Part shown: in pieces, positions 54,906 to 64,000 of the stretch | Position numbering within the stretch: position 1 is the stretch's first letter | How the letters are laid out: each line of letters starts with the position of its first letter | Assembly: GCA_963729045.1 (NCBI GenBank) | Contig: CAVSMN010000015.1 | Location: forward strand, 96,001 to 160,000 | Reading direction: 5' to 3' | DNA: 64,000 nucleotides | Source: an uncultured Nitrososphaeraceae archaeon | Lineage (GTDB): Archaea > Thermoproteota > Nitrososphaeria > Nitrososphaerales > Nitrososphaeraceae | The notes under the pieces: model-generated | The model's database searches: none | What the model was told of the DNA's origin: nothing | What the model saw: the letters and a program-made list of their open reading frames with translations, nothing else | Made by a program: the position numbers and the translations under genes

Positions 54906-55209
54906 TTTTTCATATTTGAGTTCTATGATCTGCGAACCATACCGTCGATAGGGTAAATCTACGTCCGTTTGAAAATCAAATGGAAATTTCAGTCGTCAAT
55001 TGCTTGAAGTCGGCATATTCTACTTTGATATCTAACAAGTCTAATCTTTTTGGCCCGAAAGTTGGAGAGGGGATCTGAAGAATAATACAAAACAAAACAT
55101 GAAAAGTATCTAATACTCAATCAATGTGTTTGTCTGCAGGACAACTAATTACTAAAAACAAGTGTCATGTTTTCCTATAAGACAAAAAAATCGTTAGTTT
55201 TAGATTAAT

Positions 55210-56133
55210 TCAGACAGGTTGAATTTCTCTGATACTAAGATTCTTAAAATCAAAAGCTACGTTGTCTGCTCTGAAACTTGCTATGGGTCCTGAATTAGTT
55301 ATGACGTAGTCCTTGGGTTTATTGCAATTTGCACTGCTAAATTCTTTATCTGAACTATTGGCAAACCAGCCACCATCATCAGTAATCTCGTTAACCTTCT
55401 TCCATACATTATCATTATTATCATCAATAAATGATTCCATTTTGACACTACTATCATTATCCTGGTTGTAAATTATTATCTTCCATCCGATCCATCTATC
55501 TAACAGAGGATTCTCAGTTGCCTTAGCGGAACCTCTAGAATCGGTGTATCCGCCGGTATGCCAGATTTCCTTCTTCCAAGCTGCCTCCATGTTTACCACG
55601 TCAATTCCTCCATTTAATGCGGTTCCTTCACAAGGATTTTGATTATTATGTGAGCCTCCCCGTGCACGCCATGTAAAATCAGGAGCCAAAGACTCCGAGT
55701 CCCCATTATCGGTTCCTCCTTCATTTTCTTGATTGGTATCATAAACTGACTTTATCTTGACATAACCAGTCATCTCAATATTTTTCCATGGTTGTGCATT
55801 AGCTGGAGTATTTACATTCATTCTTATCTGAGTATCATTGATTGACCAGGATAAACCATCTTCTGAATTCTTAACTATGGGAACATTTGATGTAATTGAG
55901 AAGGACTCGTCACTAAGAGGATCTTGCATGTCAATAAACCACTCTCTTCCATCTTTTGCTGTGGGATAAATCTCCTCAACTCCAAAAATATCTTTGCCTT
56001 CAGGAGTGATTACTTTTTGAGGCTCTGGTTGCTTCTCTCTCAATACAACTATCTCATAGTAATAGTAATATATTAGAATAATCGTTATGATTGTCAAACC
56101 TACTATAGCCAGATGAGGTTTTTTTATAATCAA
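55210..56133 (-). CDS. Membrane-anchored beta-sandwich protein (carbohydrate-binding or lyase-like fold suspected)
   Basis: N-terminal TM; Trp/Gly-rich domain (WKNIEMTGYV, RGG.H...CEG, WIGWK, FRADN). Confidence 0.7.
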   Translation of the reverse strand: MIIKKPHLAIVGLTIITIILIYYYYYEIVVLREKQPEPQKVITPEGKDIFGVEEIYPTAKDGREWFIDMQDPLSDESFSITSNVPIVKNSEDGLSWSINDTQIRMNVNTPANAQPWKNIEMTGYVKIKSVYDTNQENEGGTDNGDSESLAPDFTWRARGGSHNNQNPCEGTALNGGIDVVNMEAAWKKEIWHTGGYTDSRGSAKATENPLLDRWIGWKIIIYNQDNDSSVKMESFIDDNNDNVWKKVNEITDDGGWFANSSDKEFSSANCNKPKDYVITNSGPIASFRADNVAFDFKNLSIREIQPV

Positions 56134-56282
56134 CCTATAATTTGTTATTTTGAACCATTTTTAAACTTTGGTACTTTACATTTATTTGGCAGTAAAGGCC
56201 TAATTTTGAGCCAAAGTTTGAATGGCTCTCATCTTTTTTCTCTTGGCTCTAGATTAAAAGACCTTTGATTATCTATTAATTC

Positions 56283-56295
56283 TTAACCTAGTTAG
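56283..56295. promoter_or_regulatory. Single copy of the putative DtxR/MntR box
   Basis: TTAACCTAGTTAG; 12/13 match to the reverse complement of the box at 54872. Confidence 0.5.
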
Positions 56296-56387
56296 TAAGG
56301 CAAATACATTCTAAAAACCTAATTTAATTAATAAACCAAATTGTATATTAATTAGGAATGCTCTATTCAAGTATCTTATGAATTCTA

Positions 56388-57057
56388 ATGAGGAATTATA
56401 ATGAAATGAAATCTGAAACCTTTTCACAATCTGATCCAAAAAGAAAAATACTGTATTATCTTAAAGTCATGAAGCAAGCAGGATTAAAGGACTTGTCAAA
56501 AGTTATGAAGATTTCTAGAATGGCTGTACACAAGCATTTGAGTGACTTACAAGATAGAGGGTTGGTTGAAAGCGCGGAAATTCGAAAAGGCGTGGGGAGA
56601 CCTACAATGCAATATTCATTAACAAGTACTGGTAAAACTGCATTTCCAAAATCATATGGTGAAATAGCAACACATGCTTTGGACTATCGTAGAAAAAAAA
56701 ATGGGTAAGGATGCAGTAGAGTCGGTATTGCGGGAGCGTCAAAAGGAGTTATTAGAAAAATATAGTATTCGTATGAAAGATATGAAATTCAATGAAAAAG
56801 TAAAAGAATTAGCAAGGATTAGGGATGAAGAAGGCTATATCGCCGAATCCAAAAAAGACAGAAAACGCAATTCTCATACTCTACTGGAGTACAATTGTCC
56901 AATAATAATGATAGCAGAAAAACATTGGGAGGCTTGCTCCATTGAAACAGAATTATTCGAACATGTACTGGATGCTAAAGTAGAAGTAACCCATAGAGCA
57001 GCCAAAGGAGATTCAATTTGTAAGTTCTTGATTAAAGAAAAGAGCGAGTATCTCTAA
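56388..57057 (+). CDS. SufR-like HTH regulator with Cys-containing sensor domain (frameshift near 56688)
   Basis: ISRMAVHKHL.DL...GLV...GRP..Y.LT..G; R..EGY; NCP-x11-C..E..LF...G...C. Confidence 0.82.
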
Positions 57058-57205
57058 TTTTTGTTCTAGTCACCTATTTAACATCTGTGAATTCTAATTT
57101 ATATAATTTGTAAACTATTATATTTATAAATTACCATAACGAATATGAATGTGTGAATAAAACAAATTATACTTTTCGGATCAATATAGGTGGTAGTTAC
57201 TAGAG

Positions 57206-57796
57206 ATGACCTTAAGGGTTCTAGGTGTTGGATCTAGTATGAGGCGAGATTCTTTTAGCACTGAAACTTTGAAGATCATATTAAACAAAGTTAACAAAAA
57301 TGGCGCAGATACTAGATTATTGAATCTCTATTCAAATCCTTTGCCCATGTATACTGCAGAATACAATGAAAAATTAGGTGGCATTAAACAAGCCGTTGAA
57401 TTGGTTAACTGGGCTGATGCTATTGTTCTTGCAACACCAGACTACCATGGTTCAATGGCAGGATCACTGAAAAACTTTTTAGATTACTTTTGGGCAGAGT
57501 TTGCCGGAAAGACATTTGGGTACTTTTGCTCCTCGCATGAAAAAGGCTTGACTGTAATGGATCAGATGAGAACTGCTATAAGGCAATGCTACGGTTGGAG
57601 TTTACCATATGGGATATCTATAAACTCAAATCAGGATTTTAATGCGGACCGCGAGATCATAAACTCTCAATTGCTCGGTAGACTTGAAAGTTTTGCAAGA
57701 GACTTGGTAGTATATGGTGGCTTAATTAGCAATCAATTTAAAAAGGATTTGAATTCAACAATACGAAATTCTTATGCAGTACACTACAGAAAGTAA
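57206..57796 (+). CDS. NADPH-dependent FMN reductase family protein
   Basis: SSMR..S, ADAIVLATPDYHGSMAGSLKNFLD. Confidence 0.9.
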   Translation: MTLRVLGVGSSMRRDSFSTETLKIILNKVNKNGADTRLLNLYSNPLPMYTAEYNEKLGGIKQAVELVNWADAIVLATPDYHGSMAGSLKNFLDYFWAEFAGKTFGYFCSSHEKGLTVMDQMRTAIRQCYGWSLPYGISINSNQDFNADREIINSQLLGRLESFARDLVVYGGLISNQFKKDLNSTIRNSYAVHYRK

Positions 57797-58022
57797 AAGC
57801 GGAATATTGGTCCCACACAATCAAGAACAAAGATATTTTGACTTTATTTCCTAGTAACAGGCTAAGATGATAAATAACCAATATTTCTTGAAATCCATTT
57901 AATAAAAAAGACACAATGTGAGTAGTTTTGGTAGCATGGGATTTAACTCTGCGTTAAAACTTAAACCACACTGTAACTCCTTTCCTAAGATACTTTGAAT
58001 AAAAAAAGGTAATAGCAAGAAT

Positions 58023-58961
58023 TTATTTTGCCTTGAAAGTTTTTTTTAATAGTAAAATCCCCACATAATAAGGAATATTGAAAAATGCAGCTAACGCAGC
58101 GACCTCAGTTCCAAAGAATTGTTGAGCAAACACCACTATCAAAATATTGTTAATGTATATCATTGAAATCATTGTTGATATTCTATCATCCTTTGATAGA
58201 CCCATCAACCTGGAGATGCCATAACCTGTCAATCCATAATAACCAAATAATATAAACGCTAAAATGATATTTTCTACAGTTACGAGGGAATTGGAAAAAA
58301 AGAAATAAGAATATTTGGCAAAAACCCCTAGATTGATTAGAAAAATGAAAACAAGTGAGAGGTTTAGTGATTGTTTATTGATTAGATCCGTGAGTTTAGG
58401 GGAAATCTTTTTTAAAAGCTGACTAGCTATCAAAGGCAGCATTAAAGCTACCAATAGAAGTACTATCATGTCGAAAATAGGAATTGCAAAGTTGCTACTA
58501 AAAAATAGAAATATTAAAATAGGTAACAAAAATGGAACAGTTAATGAAGTTGCTATTATTAATCCTACCACTATTGGTAATCTGCCTCCAACAAAGTTTA
58601 CAACAAAGGGTGATCCTAGCCCTGTTGATATGCCCGATAATAAAAACACTGACAACATTAAATTTGCACTTATAGGAACAATGGTAAGTGAAAACAGGTT
58701 CATTATTGCGTATAAACCGACCGGAATTAACACTAGTTTCGCTATTGTAAGTATTATCAGATTCTTCGGATGGGAAAACACTGTATAAAGTTCTGACAGA
58801 TTTATATTGATTAGATTAAACAAAAGTAAGAGTCCAAGCCACAATAACAAGTACGGTTCTACCAGGATTCCTATATTTGGGAATAATAAACCTAATATTG
58901 TCGAAAATAGCACCGATAAACCTAGGTAATAAAAAGTGCGACTAGAATTCGTCATGTGCAT
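58023..58961 (-). CDS. Bile acid:sodium symporter (BASS/ACR3-like) transporter
   Basis: About 9-10 TM helices; STGLGSP....VGG helix break; N in the penultimate TM pair. Confidence 0.7.
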   Translation of the reverse strand: MHMTNSSRTFYYLGLSVLFSTILGLLFPNIGILVEPYLLLWLGLLLLFNLININLSELYTVFSHPKNLIILTIAKLVLIPVGLYAIMNLFSLTIVPISANLMLSVFLLSGISTGLGSPFVVNFVGGRLPIVVGLIIATSLTVPFLLPILIFLFFSSNFAIPIFDMIVLLLVALMLPLIASQLLKKISPKLTDLINKQSLNLSLVFIFLINLGVFAKYSYFFFSNSLVTVENIILAFILFGYYGLTGYGISRLMGLSKDDRISTMISMIYINNILIVVFAQQFFGTEVAALAAFFNIPYYVGILLLKKTFKAK

Positions 58962-59230
58962 TTGTCATATCACCGCCATTATCATCAAATAGGTTTATTG
59001 AATAAAAAAGTTAGACATTGCAACACCCTGGAGTAATTCTACATCCCTTTCAAGAGTATTTTTGTTATATTCGTCTTCTTTGCTTTCTAAGATTTCAATT
59101 TTTGAAATAAACATCAATTTTTGTATCTTGACAATGAAATATTTTTGCTGGTTCATGGAATTTGCACCAAAAAGATTCCTTTTACATAGAGAGAACCGAA
59201 TTCATTTTCTAATAACCCACTATGTTACCA

Positions 59231-59587
59231 CTATAGTAACTTTAAATGCCCAGTCAATTTATCCAATTTTGTTGAATAATCTGGACCAAACCCGCAACAT
59301 GTCAAGGTGTTAGGTTCTATCTGAGTTTTTCCAGCATCTCTGATCACTGTAGTAATGATACCATATGCTTGAGCCTTTTTTATTATATCTATTAGTTCTC
59401 TTTCCGATTGGATCTTTAATACTGCTTTTTTTTGACCACCGTAATTAAACCAATTAGCAACATGGTCTGGGTTTTGCCACACTACAGAACTACATGCATG
59501 TCCTACTTGGCCAGCAATTTTTCCGACACCCATTCCAAGATCTTTTCTTACTACTACTACGTATTTTATGTCGTCACTGCTGTTCAA
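59231..59587 (-). CDS. pth2: Peptidyl-tRNA hydrolase, Pth2 type
   Basis: VRKDL.M..GKIA.QVGHA, DAGKTQI.P.T.T...GP, TGHLKLL. Confidence 0.95.
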   Translation of the reverse strand: MNSSDDIKYVVVVRKDLGMGVGKIAGQVGHACSSVVWQNPDHVANWFNYGGQKKAVLKIQSERELIDIIKKAQAYGIITTVIRDAGKTQIEPNTLTCCGFGPDYSTKLDKLTGHLKLL

Positions 59588-59950
59588 TAATCTAAAAATG
59601 AGAATGAATTATATAAATTAAGCAAGATGGTAAATATGAATATTCTTGAAAATCTGCTAATTCTATCAATCTAATCCAAAGAATGTACGTTTCTCTGCAA
59701 TATTTCTAATAGATTGATGCATTTACTGCTCTCCTGTTTAGCTACTATGATTTCTATAAAACAATGCATCAGATTGCAATTGACAATTTTATTAACAAGA
59801 GCATAAGCTATGAAGAATAGTTACGATTTTATGAATTAATACCTTCTTCCTAAAAATGGTACTGTCATAAAGATTCACTATTGTTACCTCAGTTACATAT
59901 CAACTATGGTGATATATTTAGCTGGAGAAAAAAATCAATTCATATCTTAA

Positions 59951-60820
59951 TTAGTCGTCTTTATTTCCATCTGATGTCATTTTCTTTTTCATTATGAAGC
60001 TTATCTTACCGTTCGATTCCAATCGGGCATACTTAATTTCACTTGCATCTTCTAATCCGTTTAATCTCATTTCGGCCTCAAATTCTGCTTTATCCATTTT
60101 GGCTTTCTTTAGACCGTCATTGACAATCGATCCATGTTCTACTAACAAGATTGGTTTAGGTTCTATGGATTCTCTAAATCGCCTACTCTTTAAAGTCAAA
60201 TAGTCAATTACTTTAAAGAATATAACTGCAATTATGACGGCAGCCATAGCCTGTGGGATAGATATTTCTTTATAAATCATAGGATCGCCAATCGCTGATC
60301 CCAATCCAACTACGATTAATAATCCAAAAGGAGATAACTGCCCGATTCCTTTTCCACCAAGCCATTTTACTATAACAAAAACCAAAGTGGCGATTATTGC
60401 AGTTCTTATGATTACAGATAAAATAGAAGATGGGTCTGGAATTAAAGCGTCATAAATTACTTTGTAAGGTGAGGTACGAGAGTCCGCACTCTGTCCACCA
60501 CCGTCAGTCCCAGATTCCTGTGATTCAGATGACGTTGCGGATGACACGTTATTTAGCATTAGTTGTTCTGAAATACTATTATCGTTTGTACTATTGTTAC
60601 TACTGTTTTCTTCCACATGCAGTAAGCTTGAACTGTCTCGAGTTTTTGTCTTATAGGATGAAGAATCTTGTTCTAATACTGTGTTTAGTGTGACTGAAAT
60701 ACTATTAATCTGATAAACAAGAATTCCAAAAATTACTATCATTATTGCTAGCGGTATGACTGTTATTATTATCCATATTCTTGAATTATTTATCAATCTA
60801 TCAAGTGGGTATGCTATCAT
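59951..60820 (-). CDS. DUF421 (YetF-like) membrane protein with extra N-terminal TM and S-rich loop
   Basis: G...IGQLSPF, P.LLV..G.I...L, LESNGKIS. Confidence 0.85.
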   Translation of the reverse strand: MIAYPLDRLINNSRIWIIITVIPLAIMIVIFGILVYQINSISVTLNTVLEQDSSSYKTKTRDSSSLLHVEENSSNNSTNDNSISEQLMLNNVSSATSSESQESGTDGGGQSADSRTSPYKVIYDALIPDPSSILSVIIRTAIIATLVFVIVKWLGGKGIGQLSPFGLLIVVGLGSAIGDPMIYKEISIPQAMAAVIIAVIFFKVIDYLTLKSRRFRESIEPKPILLVEHGSIVNDGLKKAKMDKAEFEAEMRLNGLEDASEIKYARLESNGKISFIMKKKMTSDGNKDD

Positions 60821-61256
60821 ATATGTTAATGTTAGTAACTACAATCAAATAGCAAAATTTCTAGGTGTCTAAAATTTAGTTATATGTTTTAAAAAAATTG
60901 ATAACGAAATTTCAACGTTTCTGCTTTGGTAAAGTCTTTTACATGCTAAACTGGTACAATCGAATTAGTCGGGTGTCCGTATGTGTGTAATCAATTACAT
61001 TTGTTAACATAAAATACATGTCTTTAGATATTTTACTAATATACAATTTGGTTGGGTGTCATCGTCTAATTGTCTTTTATTATGAACCTTTATCGATGTA
61101 AAGTCAGAAAAATCATTGCAAGTTAGTTTACTTTCATGACATTTTCGATATTTGCAAAAAGAGGATAATTAAGATACATTTTTTGTAAAGACAACTGGAT
61201 AGGGATACAAATTGATACTTGGTTTCTTATAACCTTTGTAGATTAAGATTTCATAG

Positions 61257-63062
61257 ATGCAAGATACCAAACCCATCGGAATTACCTTCGTATCTGAAAA
61301 TTTTTCAAATTCCATAGATTCGTTTTGGATCATAGTCAAACCTGAAATCCTGATAAATCCTTTTGACTTTATTAGTGTGGATAATGTTCAAAGCACCAAA
61401 ACTATTGGAATGGTTAAAGAACTCAAGAGGATCTATATAGATAGAGAAACTATTTCTAAAAATCAATATTCCTCTCAGTTTGATCTACTTTTAAATACGG
61501 AGGAGAAGGTGGGTGATGGCATGACAGTGGCAAAGGTTGATGTGATTGCCAATCGTCAATTTCACACGATTCAAGAGGAATTTTCTTCAAATACTTCAAG
61601 TCTCAATAAAATACCACTAAAACCAAAAAATTGGAGCATTAACATGCCCGTTCAAGAAGGAAAACTTGTTACTTTTGCAACTGCCGAGGAAGTCATTTCA
61701 TCTCTTGGAATTCCAGAAATGGAACATCCTATTCCTGCAGGAGTGATTTCGATGACTAACAATGCTAAAATACCCATAGATCTAGATGTAACGTACATTT
61801 TTGGGCCTGATACCACTCATGTTAACGCCACAGGAATCTCAGGGAACATGAAGACTGGCTACCTCCTATTTTTGTTACAGGTCCTTCACCAAAAACTATC
61901 GGAAGAAGGTATTTCTATAATTTTATTTAATACCAAAGAAAAAGATCTTTTATACATAGATAAAGAAAGAGATGAAGCCTATACTAGTGAGGATAAAAAT
62001 GAACTGGATATACTTGGTTTGAATTTAACACCATTTAACAATGTAAAATATTTTCTCCCAAGGGGAAAAGATGGTAAACCAAATTCTGCACATATTCCTG
62101 AGAAAAACTATTTCACATATTCTTTTGAATTATCAGATGTTTATGATCGCTTGGAATTGTTATTTTCCTCTGAAACAACTCTAGATCCTCAACACAATAT
62201 TTCATCAATCCTAAATTACATTTATGAATTATGGCCCAACTTGAGCCAAGGGGGTGATGATAAGGCAAGTCCTCACAAACTTGCAACCTGGACGGACTTG
62301 ATTAATTTTAGTGAATTTCCTGGAGAAATCGTTACCCATAAAAATACGTTGTTAAAGTTTCAAGGGATGATGCAAAAATATAGAAAGCCATCAACTCTAT
62401 TTGTAGATAAAAAGGTAACAAGCAGATATCTTGGTAATGAAATTAAAAAAATGAAGAAAAATGAAGTGTTTGTGATAGATATAGCTATGCTGCCTACATT
62501 AGACGAACAAGCATTTGTAGTTGGAGATGTAATGAAAACGATAAACGAGATGTACTCCCTTGGCCATGCAAATACTCCTGCTGACGATTATGAGGGTGGT
62601 AGTGATGGTAGTGTTGGTGAAAATGATGATGAAAAACAGAGGACAAAAACAGAGTTGACAAAAAAACCAAAATATATTGTAATCTTTATCGACGAAATTA
62701 ACAGATTTTTACCACGGGGGGAATCAGGTAATACGGGTCTAGGAATATCAATGTCTAATCGTTCGGCTGTTGCCGAAGAATTATTAAAAACCTTAATCAC
62801 AGGCAAGTCCAGACATTGCATACTTTTCTCTGCTCAACAATTCAAAAGTCAAATTGATCAGAGCATTAACGAAAATACTGGTTTACATGTTATCACCAAG
62901 TTGGGTTTGTCCGAACTTGCTTCAAAATCTTATTCAATGGTAGACGATGCTACCAAATCAGTTATTAGCAAATTACACAAAGGTGAGTTTATTTTGGTAC
63001 ATCCTGCCTTTAGACATCCTATCAAAATTGCTATACCAAAACCTACATTCAAAAAACCATGA
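61257..63062 (+). CDS. HerA/FtsK-like ATPase with N-terminal barrel domain
   Basis: HVN.TGISGNMKT Walker-A variant, FNTK, IFIDEIN Walker B, G.S...L.SAQQ. Confidence 0.78.
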   Translation: MQDTKPIGITFVSENFSNSIDSFWIIVKPEILINPFDFISVDNVQSTKTIGMVKELKRIYIDRETISKNQYSSQFDLLLNTEEKVGDGMTVAKVDVIANRQFHTIQEEFSSNTSSLNKIPLKPKNWSINMPVQEGKLVTFATAEEVISSLGIPEMEHPIPAGVISMTNNAKIPIDLDVTYIFGPDTTHVNATGISGNMKTGYLLFLLQVLHQKLSEEGISIILFNTKEKDLLYIDKERDEAYTSEDKNELDILGLNLTPFNNVKYFLPRGKDGKPNSAHIPEKNYFTYSFELSDVYDRLELLFSSETTLDPQHNISSILNYIYELWPNLSQGGDDKASPHKLATWTDLINFSEFPGEIVTHKNTLLKFQGMMQKYRKPSTLFVDKKVTSRYLGNEIKKMKKNEVFVIDIAMLPTLDEQAFVVGDVMKTINEMYSLGHANTPADDYEGGSDGSVGENDDEKQRTKTELTKKPKYIVIFIDEINRFLPRGESGNTGLGISMSNRSAVAEELLKTLITGKSRHCILFSAQQFKSQIDQSINENTGLHVITKLGLSELASKSYSMVDDATKSVISKLHKGEFILVHPAFRHPIKIAIPKPTFKKP

Positions 63063-63208
63063 CCTTGACTTGACTAGAATGCATCGGCTGAATTTGTAGT
63101 ATTATGTGTGTAGGGAGAGTCAATCAATTTGAAGAATTTAGTTCAGAACGCTTTCATTGTGAAAGTATTTAATGTTTGCTTTCAAATTATTAAATAAGAT
63201 AATACTAT

Positions 63209-64000
63209 ATGAGATTTGTTCAAATATCTGACTTACATATTGGTGGTTTATTTAAAAAGGATGTCTTTGATACTTTAGTAGATGAGGTAAATAATGAATT
63301 AAAACCTGATGTCATTATTATTTCAGGAGATTTAACTGATGACGGACTATTCTTTCAGTTCGAACAGGCACAGCACGAAATAAAAAAATTCTCATGCAAG
63401 AATCTAATAATTTTTCCAGGAAACCATGATTATAGGCACACTGGCTATCTTTTATTTAGACAATTCTTTCCGGTTTCTGCGCCAAGTGGTTCGAGGGTTT
63501 ACAAGTATAATAATCCAAAGAACAAGAACCAAACAGTAATAGTTACTACGGTTGGAACTGCAAGAGCAGATAGAGATGAGGGTGAAGTTGGATATAGACA
63601 AAACCTATGGTTAAACAAGATTCTAAAAAAATATCATATTCCGAGACCTTCTACTAATCAGAAACAACAAACACAAAAACCTCAAGATAAGATATAAGAC
63701 AATAATAAAGATTGTTGCAATGCATCACCACTTGATTGCCATACCTGATACAGGTTATACAAATGTAGTAGGAATATCTGATGCAGGTGATGTTTTAAGG
63801 ACATGTCTGGCTAATGATGTTGATATTGTTATCTGTGGTCACAAGCACAGACCTTGGATATGGGATCTGAGGTACAATGAAAATAGCCTATGCCGGCACA
63901 GCTTGCTCTTGGAGATATAGGGGGATTTTTGAGGATACCTATAATATTATAGATATAGGAGAGGATGGCAAAATCGAAATAGATATCAAAATAGTTGGGG
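63209..64000 (+). CDS. Calcineurin-like metallophosphoesterase, Icc/CpdA type (frameshifted; runs off window end)
   Basis: SDLH, GDLT, GNHD, MHHH, GHKH. Confidence 0.88.

Noticed and set aside
387..62821. Many 60-160-aa antisense or off-frame ORFs overlapping well-supported genes
   Set aside because: Shadow ORFs with no motifs, lying within clearly identified CDSs.
38614..63062. Sir2-HerA antiphage system
   Set aside because: The genes are ~22 kb apart, and the sirtuin is a standard CobB-type deacylase with a Zn site.

Overview
This 64-kb window is AT-rich archaeal chromosome. Gene content points to an ammonia-oxidising thaumarchaeon of the Nitrososphaeraceae, plausibly Nitrosocosmicus-like (inference): archaeal uS13/uS4, Cdc48, PAC2, Pth2, an MCO-ZIP-DtxR operon and many lineage-type secreted and signalling proteins. 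Housekeeping genes (cdc48, rps13, rps4, glmS, aconitase, topoisomerase IA, pth2, msrA, cobB) are mixed with accessory genes. About 14 genes are broken by single-base indels, including aconitase inside its TTDHIS motif, so most breaks are probably assembly errors rather than pseudogenes. I recognised no rRNA, tRNA, CRISPR array or transposase. Best leads: (1) a graspetide-type (MvdC/MvdD-like) ATP-grasp ligase carrying a precursor-leader-like motif (QPFVFNFIE) in cis, with no visible precursor gene, inside a two-component locus; (2) a eukaryote-like peptide:N-glycanase (Png1/NGLY1) core; (3) a GcvH/LbpA-like domain lacking the lipoyl lysine, fused to TusA, beside a rhodanese; (4) a repeated palindromic operator that may define a DtxR/MntR regulon; (5) Cys-rich metal-binding modules missed by the ORF track; (6) a TPR gene with DNA-identical higher-order repeats. 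All family calls come from motif recognition by eye; no database searches were run.
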